In this document: positions 27,772 through 37,247 of the stretch, piece by piece
Layout of the letters: the number at the start of each line of letters is the position of its first letter
How positions within the stretch are numbered: the stretch's first letter is position 1
NCBI GenBank assembly: GCA_028873795.1
Contig: JAPPNP010000051.1
Coordinates: forward strand, 71,641 to 135,640
Source of the DNA: Chloroflexota bacterium
Lineage (GTDB): Bacteria; Chloroflexota; UBA11872
Direction of reading: 5' to 3'
DNA: 64,000 bases
Notes under the pieces: model-generated
What the model was told of the DNA's origin: nothing
The model's input: the letters and a program-made list of their open reading frames with translations, nothing else
Database searches by the model: none
Position numbers and translations under genes: made by a program

Positions 27772-28914
27772 ATGTACGACGTCGTGATCGTGGGCGCGGG
27801 CGTGATGGGCAGCGCGACGGCCTATTGGCTCAGCCGGGCGGGTAAGCGCGTGGCGTTGCTGGAGAAGTACAGCCCCGGCCACGTGCGGGCGTCGTCCGCC
27901 GACGAGTCCCGCATGGTGCGCTATCAGTATCGCGGGCAGACGCTCTACACCGAGATGGTCGCCGCCGCGGTGGAGCTTTGGAAGGAGTTCGACCGCCGGT
28001 CGGGCGCCGGCTTCTACCGCGAGCAGGGCGCGCTTGCCTTGCAGGCCCGGCCCGACAATCCGCCCTTCATGGAGGGCTACGAGGGGCTGCTCGAGCTCGG
28101 CTATGAGCCAGTGTGGCTCGACGGGGACGAGGTGCGGCGGCGGTATCCCCACTTCACGAATATCGACTCCGGATACCTGCTCGAGGGCCTGGGCGGCTAT
28201 GTGGCCGCGAGGACTGCCACCCAGGCGCTTGCGGAATCGGCCGCGGAGCTAGGCGCCGATCTGCGAACCGGCGCCGAGGTCACGGAGCTGCGCGAGTCGG
28301 GCGGCCGCATCGCGCGGGCCGTCACCCAGGACGGCAGCACGTTCGAAGCCGAAGACTTCGTCATTGCCGCCGGACCGTGGACTCCGAAGTTGCTGCCCGA
28401 CCTGGCGATCCCCATCCGGTCCACCGCCGAGCGACTTCACTACCTCTCGCCCCCGGACCACGACGCCTATTCGTATCCACGACTGCCGCCCTTTTTCGTG
28501 ATGGACACGAACTTCTACGGGTTCCCGGTGCACTGGCGCGGCTGCGTGAAGGTGGCCGACGACACCATTGGCGCCACGTTCGATCCCGACCGTGACCGCG
28601 AGCATGAGGACGAGGAAGCAGTGGCCAAGCTGCGGGACTTCCTGCGCCGCCACATGCCCGGCCTCAGCGACGCCGAGGTGGTCTACAGCAAGACCTGCAC
28701 CTATTCCATGACCCCCGACGCCGACTTCGTGATCGACTATCTGCCGGATCGCGCCAACGCCATCGTGGCGGCGGGATTCTCAGGGCACGGTTTCAAATTC
28801 GGCATCCTGATCGGTCAAATCCTGGCGGACCTGGCCATGCGCGGCACGACTCGCTGGGATCTGACGCGCTTTCGCCTCGACCGCGAACCCGCGGCGATGG
28901 ACGGGCACTGGTAG
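27772..28914 (+). CDS. FAD-dependent oxidoreductase (monomeric sarcosine oxidase/N-methyltryptophan oxidase-like)
   Basis: DVVIVGAGVMGSATAYWL dinucleotide-binding motif; DAO family length. Confidence 0.7.
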   Translation: MYDVVIVGAGVMGSATAYWLSRAGKRVALLEKYSPGHVRASSADESRMVRYQYRGQTLYTEMVAAAVELWKEFDRRSGAGFYREQGALALQARPDNPPFMEGYEGLLELGYEPVWLDGDEVRRRYPHFTNIDSGYLLEGLGGYVAARTATQALAESAAELGADLRTGAEVTELRESGGRIARAVTQDGSTFEAEDFVIAAGPWTPKLLPDLAIPIRSTAERLHYLSPPDHDAYSYPRLPPFFVMDTNFYGFPVHWRGCVKVADDTIGATFDPDRDREHEDEEAVAKLRDFLRRHMPGLSDAEVVYSKTCTYSMTPDADFVIDYLPDRANAIVAAGFSGHGFKFGILIGQILADLAMRGTTRWDLTRFRLDREPAAMDGHW

Positions 28915-28932
28915 CGCGACATACGCCAGCGA

Positions 28933-29955
28933 TCAATCGTCGCGCCAGACCTCGCCAAACAGCCGCAGCCAATTGCCGCCCAGGATCTTGCGCGCCGCGT
29001 CTTCGCTGTAGCCCCGCCGCAGCAGGCCTTCGGCCACGTTCACGAACTCCAGCGGGCTGGCAAAGCCCTGCAGGAGGCGGAACGGTTGCGGCACGTCGCC
29101 TGAATCGAGATAGGGCTCGCGGCCATGCGACGCCCCGATCCAGTCGAACCACTCGAGCGACCGTCCCATGCAGAAGTCCGTGCCGATGGCCACCTGGTCG
29201 TCACCGACCATGTCCACCAGGTAGTCGACGGCGTCCAGGTAGTCGTCCAGCGTCGAGTCGTAGCCATGGCGGTGGTGCGCGGGAAACGCATTGGCGCCCA
29301 CCACGCCGCCGCGGCCGGTCAGGGCGCGAATCGCCTCGTCGGTCTTGTTGCGGGGATAGTCCGTCTGAGACCGCGCGTTGGCGTGCGTGAACGCCACCGG
29401 CTGCTCCGAGTGCTCGATGGTTTCCAGCACCGTGCGATCCCCCACGTGCGAGAGGTCGATCAGGATGCCCAGCCGGTTCATCTCGCGAATTGCCGCCAGG
29501 CCGATGACGCTCAAGCCGTCGTCATGGCGCTCCCAGCAGCCGTTGCCGAATAGGTTTCGCTCGTTGTAGGTGAGTTGGACGATACGCACCCCGAGCGCGT
29601 GGAAAAGGCGGAAGCGCCGCACGTCGTTCCCCACCGGCGCCGCGTTCTGCCATCCCAGGATGATGCCGGCGCGACCCTCGGCCTTCGCGGCGCGGATGTC
29701 GGCCACCCGCCGGACAGGTCGGATGTAGTCGGCATAGTCCTCGAACCACCGCAGCCAAGCGGTGATGTTGGCGAGGGCTTCCTCAAACCCCTCCCAGATC
29801 GCACAGGTGGCGTTGACGGCGGTGACGCCGCCGTCGCGCAGCTCACGGAAGACCTGCTCGTCGCCCCAGTTGCTGGTGTCGAGGCCGTCGATCACCACGG
29901 CCTCTGCAAAGAGGCGTCGAGCCGCGGCGCTGGCAACCGATGGACCCGCCGTCAT
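28933..29955 (-). CDS. Membrane dipeptidase (peptidase M19)
   Basis: Renal-dipeptidase-family motifs (VIDGLD, DLSHV, HANARS, GTDF). Confidence 0.75.
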   Translation of the reverse strand: MTAGPSVASAAARRLFAEAVVIDGLDTSNWGDEQVFRELRDGGVTAVNATCAIWEGFEEALANITAWLRWFEDYADYIRPVRRVADIRAAKAEGRAGIILGWQNAAPVGNDVRRFRLFHALGVRIVQLTYNERNLFGNGCWERHDDGLSVIGLAAIREMNRLGILIDLSHVGDRTVLETIEHSEQPVAFTHANARSQTDYPRNKTDEAIRALTGRGGVVGANAFPAHHRHGYDSTLDDYLDAVDYLVDMVGDDQVAIGTDFCMGRSLEWFDWIGASHGREPYLDSGDVPQPFRLLQGFASPLEFVNVAEGLLRRGYSEDAARKILGGNWLRLFGEVWRDD

Positions 29956-30243
29956 TAGCGTTCTCCCCAAGGACTCGTCATCGATTCATCGGTCGCAGGT
30001 GAGGATAGCGGGCTTGCCCTGCGCCGCGCGCCAGAGCGACGGCACGCGAGCTTCGGAGTCGATCGCACCCTCCACGCGGCGCTCCCTTGACTAATGCCAC
30101 CGAATACGCCGACGCACGGTGCAATCGGCGTGGATCGCACGCCGGAATCCCCTTATCGAGACACCATTTCTGTTGTACCCTCACGCCCGGATTGGTCGCA
30201 GGCGAAAACAGCGCCGACCAGGGTGCTATCAAGGGGTTTGAAA

Positions 30244-32193
30244 ATGGTGCCGACAAGGGAGTCAGTCGCCGCAGTGTCCACACCACCAGGCGTCCGGGCC
30301 ACGCTTGGCTTCGTTGCCATGGCAACGGTCGCAGTTCTGCTCGCCTTGGCCCTTTCGGCGGTTGGCGCCGGACGGGCTTCCGCGGAACAAATGGACTGCC
30401 AGTTCGTGCTTGGCTTCGAGGCGCTGCAGGCCGCGATTCCGGATGCGGTTGGCGACTGCGTGGAAAACGAGCACCACGACCCGCGTGACCGAATTACGCG
30501 CCAGGAAACCACCGGCGGAATGCTGCTCTGGCACAAGGCGAACAATTGGACCGGCTTCACCAACGGCTACCAAACCTGGGTGATCGGCCCGCGGGGCCTT
30601 CAGCAGCGGCTGAGCATCGAGCAGTTTGCCTGGGAGCCGGCGTCGATCGCCGTGGGGGCCGACCTGGAGGCGGACGCTCAGACGCTTGGGTATGTCTCCG
30701 CCGCCATCGCCAGGTACGACGAGGACGGCCTGGCGGCGACCGTCGCCTTCTACAACAGCGAGGCGAGCATCGAGGGCGATCGCTCGCTGCTCCTGGTCGA
30801 TCGGACGACCTTCAGGCTCTTGGCCGCGCCGATCTTCCGCCACCTGGTGGGGGCGACGCTGCCGCCCGGTCACTCACTGACGCGGCTAGTCCGCGCGGCA
30901 CCCGAAAGTGGCGTGTGGATCAACCACCTCCAGACGAATCCCCAGACCGGCCAGCGCGATTCCAAGCGAAGCTATTTCGTGCTCCACGACGGCATCGTCT
31001 TTGGTTCGGGACACTTCTCGGTCCGCGCGAACCTCGCGGGAATCATTCGGGAGTACGTGAACAACGCGATCGGGCGCTACCAATCTGAGGGCCTGGACGC
31101 GACCATCGACTTCTACAACAGCCGCGAGAGCGTTGACGGCGAGCTGTACCTGTTCCTGATGGATGCCGACGACATCTACCTCGCCCACCCGATCTTTCCC
31201 CATCTGATCGGCACGGACGTGAAGGACGTGGTCGGATCGAACGGTTACGAGCTCGGCATCGAGATCGCCAAGGCCACCGCGGAGGGCCACTGGGTCGAGT
31301 ACCTGTGGCCCAACCCGGTGACGGGCCGTGAAGAGCCCAAGACGACCTGGGTCGTCCGGCACGAGGGGTTGATCTTTGCCTCCGGCTACTACACCCCCGA
31401 CCCCACCGCCGAGCCGCCGGCCTGGCTGGGCGCCGACCCACGCGAATACACCGTGGAATACGTGCAGCGGGCCATCGAGCGCTACGAACGCGACGGCCTG
31501 GAGTCCATGACGAACTACTACAACAGCACGGCGGCGTTTGAAGGGCAGTTCTATCTGTTCGCGATGGATGCGAACGACATCTACTTCATCCATCCGCTCT
31601 TCCCGCGTCTGATCGGCACCGACATCAAGGACGTCGTTGGCTCCGACGGCTACGAGCTTGGAAAGGCGATCGCGGAGGCGACCGAGGAAGGCATCTGGGT
31701 CGAGTATCTGTGGCCTCACCCGGTGACGCTGCAGGAAGCCCCCAAGGTCACCTTCGCCATCCGGCACGACGGGCGGATCTTCGCCTCGGGCTACTACCCG
31801 GCGGCTGAGGATCCGGAGGCCCACACGATGGCCTACGTGCAGGCGGCGATCGATCGTTACGAGAGCGACGGCCTGGAGGCGACGACTGCCTTTTACAACA
31901 GCTCAGAAAGCTTCGACGGCGCGTCGTTCCTGTTCCTGATCGACGAAGACGACGTCTATCTGGTGCACCCGTTGCTGCCGCAACGGATCGGCACGGATGT
32001 GAAGCTCGTGAGGGCGCGCGGAACCGACGGCGTGGTCTACAACTACGGCGAACAGATCGCCGAGGTGACCGAGGAGGGACGCTGGTTCCACAACTTGGCG
32101 CCCTCGGCCCAGGGCACGGGCAGCACGGCGCACGTGTGGGTGATTCGACACGATGGCCTGATCTTCGGATCGGCCTACTTCGACGATGAGTAA
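30244..32193 (+). CDS. Secreted protein with four tandem single-Cache (sCache_2-like) domains and no output domain
   Basis: Signal peptide; four ~135-aa repeats each with Y..AI.RYe.dGlea...FYNS...dG.yLF..D.dd.Yl.HP.fP.liGTD.kdvvGs.GYELG...a.atEEG.WVEYLWP.PvT..e.PK.t.v.RH.GlIFaSGYY. Confidence 0.6.
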   Translation: MVPTRESVAAVSTPPGVRATLGFVAMATVAVLLALALSAVGAGRASAEQMDCQFVLGFEALQAAIPDAVGDCVENEHHDPRDRITRQETTGGMLLWHKANNWTGFTNGYQTWVIGPRGLQQRLSIEQFAWEPASIAVGADLEADAQTLGYVSAAIARYDEDGLAATVAFYNSEASIEGDRSLLLVDRTTFRLLAAPIFRHLVGATLPPGHSLTRLVRAAPESGVWINHLQTNPQTGQRDSKRSYFVLHDGIVFGSGHFSVRANLAGIIREYVNNAIGRYQSEGLDATIDFYNSRESVDGELYLFLMDADDIYLAHPIFPHLIGTDVKDVVGSNGYELGIEIAKATAEGHWVEYLWPNPVTGREEPKTTWVVRHEGLIFASGYYTPDPTAEPPAWLGADPREYTVEYVQRAIERYERDGLESMTNYYNSTAAFEGQFYLFAMDANDIYFIHPLFPRLIGTDIKDVVGSDGYELGKAIAEATEEGIWVEYLWPHPVTLQEAPKVTFAIRHDGRIFASGYYPAAEDPEAHTMAYVQAAIDRYESDGLEATTAFYNSSESFDGASFLFLIDEDDVYLVHPLLPQRIGTDVKLVRARGTDGVVYNYGEQIAEVTEEGRWFHNLAPSAQGTGSTAHVWVIRHDGLIFGSAYFDDE

Positions 32194-32238
32194 CGGCTAG
32201 GCGAACGCTCGGCGCCGCCGAGGGTTCGATTGGGCGTC

Positions 32239-32264
32239 GTGGCGGTGGACTCGACCGCCGCCAC
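32239..32264. terminator. Hairpin GTGGCGGTGG-ACTCGA-CCGCCGCCAC between convergent genes
   Basis: Inverted repeat read directly; lies between stops of 4xCache gene (32193) and permease fragment (32389). Confidence 0.35.
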
Positions 32265-32388
32265 GGCGCCCTCTAGCGTTTCCTCCCGCTAGCTCGGATC
32301 GGCCGGCGTGTGCGGAGCGCCTAGACCCACCGAGGACGGTCGCGGTCTGGGAGGCTTGGGGCCGCCGCCGCCGGCATGCGGCCGGAGC

Positions 32389-32949
32389 CTATTGCTCCAC
32401 CCGGCACGTGATGACATCGACGCCGTGGTACTTGCGATGGTGGACCGAGGACGCGAAGTGCCGGAGAAGCCTGGTCGACAGTTGCTCCGCGTCGTCGAAT
32501 CCGGCGTGGTCGCTCACCAGAGCGAGTTGATCTTCGATATTGCCGTCGATGTCTTCACGCGAGTAAACCACCAGCTCGACCTCGGCGGCGTCGCCGTCCG
32601 CGTGCACCGAGGCCACCAGCCGGCGCCGGTGGTCGGCCTCAGCGTCGCCGCCCTGCTCCAATAGCGTGAGCACGGCTTCCTCAACCGCCAGGTTGAGCCG
32701 GGTTTGCGCCGACTCACTCCACTTGTTTTGCGACGCAAAGCGATTCAAGAACGCGCCGATGTCCGCCAGCGCCGCATGGGACAAATCTGCCTGCATCTTT
32801 CGAGGCCAGAGTCCACGAAACTCCGTGACCGCTGTCATCACGATCGCGGTTACCGCGCCGAGGATCACCGTGTTCCCGACCAGCTCACTCCAAATGCCGT
32901 CACTCAACTGGCCGATGCTTCCCGCCGACAGGCCGAGCACCAGCGACAC
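32389..32949 (-). CDS. Permease C-terminal part (two TM helices plus ~130-aa cytoplasmic domain); continues the upstream fragment in the same frame
   Basis: Hydrophobic N-terminus continues the TM domain of 32977-34101 across an in-frame TAG. Confidence 0.45.
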   Translation of the reverse strand: MSLVLGLSAGSIGQLSDGIWSELVGNTVILGAVTAIVMTAVTEFRGLWPRKMQADLSHAALADIGAFLNRFASQNKWSESAQTRLNLAVEEAVLTLLEQGGDAEADHRRRLVASVHADGDAAEVELVVYSREDIDGNIEDQLALVSDHAGFDDAEQLSTRLLRHFASSVHHRKYHGVDVITCRVEQ

Positions 32950-32976
32950 ACCGGTGATGACCGATTTTCGATTGTT

Positions 32977-34101
32977 CTACGGACCCGTAAACACCCATTT
33001 CGCACCCTCGATGAAGAGCAGCCCGAAGACCATGATGTAGACCGCGCTGACGACCGAGTTTGGCGTGGCGGCGAGAGCGGCAATCACCTTCCCGAACGGC
33101 GCGATCAGGAGCGTGAGCAAACCGAGGTAGATCCCGACGGACCTGGCGGATATGCCGGTGAATCCGATGTAGACGGCGGTGGACGACCAGGGCGCCGAGA
33201 CTGGCAACGTGGCCAGAAGCCCGGTGAGCAACGTCGTCCCCCCATAGACGTTCAAGCCGCTTTGGATCGTCCTGAAGTCCACGGCACGCGGCTCGCGAAA
33301 CGAGGCGCGCTTGATGACCGAGAGATCACCGACAACCTTCAGGAACGCCGTGAGCTTCACAATCAAGAATGCCGGTAACATCGACCAGAATCTAACCCCG
33401 AAGTCGAATTCCCACTGGGGCCATTCGAGGTCTCCAAAGCTCAGCCAGGAGGCCTCCTCCACCGGCCCACCGTCGTACAGTCCCATGGGGATTGCCACGG
33501 CCAGTCCCGCCGCAACAGCAATTGGCAGCGTCCACACACGCCGCGCGGCCGAAGCCTGCACCGCGCCCCACAGTCCGGCGCCGAGCGCGAAAACACCAGG
33601 AATGACAACGAGCGCCGACCGATCCTGGGATTGAGCGATCGTCCGGTCCACGATGAATGGGACCGCGGACACGGCCACGAGCATGATGATGATCCCGCTA
33701 ACCGTGGGGGTGAATATTCTCCGCAGCGACGAGAGGCGCGAGACTAGGACGAACTGTAGAAGTGTCGACGCTATGACCAGGGTTGCCAGCAGGCCCGGAC
33801 CGCCTTCTGCGAGCGCCAACACCGACATCGCCAGCAGCGGAACATTCAGGTTCGTGACCACCAGTCCCCCCGAGCCCAGATGGCGAAACGGGAAGGCGTG
33901 AAGAATCATGCTCAAGCCGGAGATTGCCAGCCCGGTGAACGTGACCCAGGCCAGGTAGCTATCGGATTCGCCCGACGCTCGGACGACGAACGTCGTGAGC
34001 AGGATGACGCTGATCGAGTTTGGGACGAATATAAGGAGAGCCGCGCCAAGCGCCTGCCGCAGGGGAGGCTTCTCGGCCGGCTCGTATCGCATACTGTTCA
34101 T
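32977..34101 (-). CDS. Polytopic solute permease (NCS2/AzgA- or SulP-like), N-terminal fragment ending at in-frame TAG
   Basis: About 11 predicted TM segments; NVYGGTTLLTGLLATLP region reminiscent of nucleobase permeases. Confidence 0.5.
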   Translation of the reverse strand: MNSMRYEPAEKPPLRQALGAALLIFVPNSISVILLTTFVVRASGESDSYLAWVTFTGLAISGLSMILHAFPFRHLGSGGLVVTNLNVPLLAMSVLALAEGGPGLLATLVIASTLLQFVLVSRLSSLRRIFTPTVSGIIIMLVAVSAVPFIVDRTIAQSQDRSALVVIPGVFALGAGLWGAVQASAARRVWTLPIAVAAGLAVAIPMGLYDGGPVEEASWLSFGDLEWPQWEFDFGVRFWSMLPAFLIVKLTAFLKVVGDLSVIKRASFREPRAVDFRTIQSGLNVYGGTTLLTGLLATLPVSAPWSSTAVYIGFTGISARSVGIYLGLLTLLIAPFGKVIAALAATPNSVVSAVYIMVFGLLFIEGAKWVFTGP

Positions 34102-34236
34102 CGAGCTCGATGCGTCAAGGTTGATGCAACGGCCACAGAGCTATGCAACGCTTCCTGAACTCCGACGCATGGTATCAATATTCGCGCGACGTCCACGCAC
34201 CGATGCGGTCAGAATAGCTTCCAAGTACAGGCTCGC

Positions 34237-34509
34237 CTAGTGCATGTGTGGGGGGCGCTGGCGGCGCTTGGCGTACGTCGTATTCGTTACGCTGCGACGA
34301 CGATACGCTTCCCTACTGGCCCGATCTCTATGCACACTCGAACCCAGTCCGAGCGCTTCCTCAACAAACATGTACAATATCTTGAGCGGAATAAGAACAA
34401 TAATCCGCGCAATTGCTCTAAGTGACTTCACAGCAAATCTACCGGATCGTCGCGCAACGCTGACTTCTTCTGGCCCTTTATTCAAGGCAAGCTTCGCGTC
34501 ATACTTCAT
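34237..34509 (-). CDS. Hypothetical small protein inside low-GC segment
   Basis: ORF only; low-GC (~45-50%) context 34150-34620; no recognisable motif. Confidence 0.2.
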   Translation of the reverse strand: MKYDAKLALNKGPEEVSVARRSGRFAVKSLRAIARIIVLIPLKILYMFVEEALGLGSSVHRDRASREAYRRRSVTNTTYAKRRQRPPHMH

Positions 34510-34760
34510 GACTCTTCCTCCAGATCAATGGTATATCTGCCATTCCTAACTCGCGTCACTATATCACCAAGCAATCGCTGCACGATTGGAACGCGCAATG
34601 ACGGTTTCCTAGGGAAGCGGACGGGAGCGAGCTTGTCGGAGTGCTGGCCCCCCGGGGCGGCAAACGACCATCCGGCCAAACCTGATCGGAGCCTTTGCCG
34701 CGCCTGCGCCAGGAGATCGAGTCGATCGGATGGCGGGACGCCATCGATGCCGTGACGGAT

Positions 34761-35930
34761 CTAGCTGAAATAGTCCTTCATGGCACTCGCGGCAGCCTCG
34801 ATGTCCGAGGCATCGTTGAAGGCGTGGAAGGAAAAGCGGACGGCGGTGTAGCCGTCTGCAGCCCGGCACAGAATGCGGTGGGTCTTGATGCAGTGCTCGG
34901 CCAGCGGCATCCCGGAAACTCCCGCGAGCCCGACCGTGAAAATCCCCGAACGGGCCGCGTCTTGCTCGGGAGTCTTGATTTGGGCGCCGGGCACGTCACC
35001 GAAGATTCGGCGAGCATCCGCCGCAAGCGCCGCGCAGCGCTGCTGGATGGCCTCAAGACCCAGGTCGTGCACCAGCTGAATCGACGAGCGCCAGGCGGCG
35101 TACAGCGCATAGGGCCGCGCGCCGAACTCGTAGCGCTCCGCCGTCGGATGCAGGCGAAAGCTGCCCGGCGGAAACTCTGCCTCCGAAACCGCCCCACCGC
35201 CACTGCCCGATGGGTTCAGCCGCTGTTGGATTTCGCGCCGGACATACATGGCGCCCACGCCGTAGGGCCCCATGCTCCACTTGAAGGCGGGGAACGCCAT
35301 GACGTCGCAATCAAGCTGGCGCACATCGGTGGGACGCGCGGCGAACGACTGCGCCGCGTCCACCACCGTCACGATCCCACGCTCGCGGGCCAGCGCGGAG
35401 ACCTCGTCGACCGGCAGCACGATGCCGCGCTCGGTGGTGACGTGGCTCAGGCAGATTGCCCGCGTGTTGGCCGTCAGCGCCGCTTCCAGGTCTCGCAGGA
35501 ACGCGTCGTCGTCGCCGTCGACTTCGATCGCGACGAGATCCAGACCCAGGCGATCCCGCAGCGTGAGCCAGGGCAGATAGCCGCTGGGATGCTCGGCGTT
35601 GGTGAGGATCACGCGGTCGCCCTGCTGCAAGTCGAGTGCGGCGGCGACCCACGAGATGGACTCCGACACGGCCCGGATCAAGGCGATCTCGTCGGCGTCA
35701 GCTCCGATAAGCGCGGCGATTTCGCCGCGAAGGGCTTGCAACTCCGCCGTGTAGACCTGGTAAAGCTCCGGATTCGTGGTCGTCATCACCGCTTCACGGT
35801 CGTAGAGGGCCTGTTGCAGATCGAGCGTGGCCTGAGGCGTGGGCGCCACGCCGCCGGAGTTCAGGCAGCGGTAGTGGCGCAGCGCCGGCAGCGTCCCGCG
35901 CAGCTCGACGAAGTCGCTGATGTCAGCCAT
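34761..35930 (-). CDS. Class-V aminotransferase (cysteine desulfurase/isopenicillin-N epimerase-like), PLP-dependent
   Basis: Class-V fold pattern incl. SHVTTERG, DAAQSF, FKWSMGPYG (PLP-Lys region). Confidence 0.7.
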   Translation of the reverse strand: MADISDFVELRGTLPALRHYRCLNSGGVAPTPQATLDLQQALYDREAVMTTTNPELYQVYTAELQALRGEIAALIGADADEIALIRAVSESISWVAAALDLQQGDRVILTNAEHPSGYLPWLTLRDRLGLDLVAIEVDGDDDAFLRDLEAALTANTRAICLSHVTTERGIVLPVDEVSALARERGIVTVVDAAQSFAARPTDVRQLDCDVMAFPAFKWSMGPYGVGAMYVRREIQQRLNPSGSGGGAVSEAEFPPGSFRLHPTAERYEFGARPYALYAAWRSSIQLVHDLGLEAIQQRCAALAADARRIFGDVPGAQIKTPEQDAARSGIFTVGLAGVSGMPLAEHCIKTHRILCRAADGYTAVRFSFHAFNDASDIEAAASAMKDYFS

Positions 35931-36220
35931 CGGCGCGGAATATGTCAATCAATTGGCTTCCCCCGCTGGCAGAGTGCCGCCGAAAATCTGCCGGGCTGCG
36001 AATTCTCCCGCAGCGTAGGCGCACACTCAATGACTCACCAAATCGCGGCCGCATGCCTACAGCCGCTCGCCGATGAACCGAGAGGAGCTCATACCCGGGA
36101 TTGCACCGGGGAGATCAGGCACGAATTGGTCAACTTCGGCAACAGCCAACGATTGTTCAATCCAGGCATGTCCACTTCGTCGCACGAGTCGACGCCATTG
36201 CGTTCGTGGCTCCCGAATCA

Positions 36221-36973
36221 CTAGCAGCCGACGCCGAGGGTGAAGATGCAGATCACGCCCCCGATGATCTCGTCGAGGCTGCCCAGGGCGTTCAGGCCAA
36301 GTTCGGCCAAGGCCAATAGCGCTTCCGCCGTGACGACTCCGGCCTCGAGCAGTTCGAGAACGTCGGCGTTGCCGGACCGCTGCACAAGATCCGCGATTCC
36401 GGGGCCGTTGGGGTCGGCGCCGGCGTCCAGCAGCAGTTGCGCGACCGCTAGGTCGCCGCGATCCACGGCCAGGGCCAAGACCGAAAGGTCCTCCTCCGCT
36501 AGCGTGTTGGGATCGGCGCCGGCCTCCAGGAGCATATGCACCATCTCAGCGTCGCCGTGGAGCACAGCCGAGGCCAGGACGGCGATGCCGGATTCGCCCG
36601 TGGCGTTCGGGTCGGCGCCGGCGTCCAGGAGCATCGCCAGAATCCCAGTCTCGCCACCGCCGGCAGCCACGGCCCCAACAGGCTCGCCATAGGGCGTGAG
36701 CGCGTTGGGGTCGGCGCCCGCTTCGAGGAGCACTCGGACCAGCACCGAGTCGCCGAGCTCGACGGCGACCGGCAGGGCCGAACGGCCGTCGTCGTCCCGG
36801 TAGCTGGGGTCGGCGCCAGCCCAGAGCGCAATCTCGGTGAGCTCGGTCCGGCGTTCAGAAACGTGCTCGAGCAGCAGCGCATCGTTGCTAAGGACTAGCC
36901 TCAACACGTAGACCAGCGCCACGAGCGCGACGACTGTGAGGGCGACGACGGCAGTCCGATTTCGAGCTGTCAC
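36221..36973 (-). CDS. Membrane-anchored ankyrin-repeat protein (5-6 ANK repeats)
   Basis: N-terminal TM helix (AVVALTVVALVALVYVL) then repeats with LLEAGADPN / LLDAGADPN consensus. Confidence 0.75.
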   Translation of the reverse strand: MTARNRTAVVALTVVALVALVYVLRLVLSNDALLLEHVSERRTELTEIALWAGADPSYRDDDGRSALPVAVELGDSVLVRVLLEAGADPNALTPYGEPVGAVAAGGGETGILAMLLDAGADPNATGESGIAVLASAVLHGDAEMVHMLLEAGADPNTLAEEDLSVLALAVDRGDLAVAQLLLDAGADPNGPGIADLVQRSGNADVLELLEAGVVTAEALLALAELGLNALGSLDEIIGGVICIFTLGVGC

Positions 36974-37247
36974 GGTTTCCGTTCGCCTAGTCCGATTCCA
37001 CGTATCTCTCGACTAAGACTCCGGACTGCACGGCCCGACGCGTGGCGGCTATTCCCCCGACGTCCACGTCTTGCGCGGCGAGTCCGACAGGGGCACCGCC
37101 AGTTCGAATCGTCACGTCGCCCGGACGCGAACCGTCTACGCGGCCACTAGACGCCAGGCCGACGGCGCCAATTCCGCCGGGACACCGAGCCACTCGATTC
37201 GCCGACGCTGGGACGCCCGGGCCCATGGACATGGGCCCTTCGCTCGA

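Noticed and set aside
34102-34240. Purine riboswitch upstream of the NCS2-like permease
   Set aside because: Looked for the TATGGC...GTTTCTACC...CCGTAAAT core in the minus-strand leader. It is not present.
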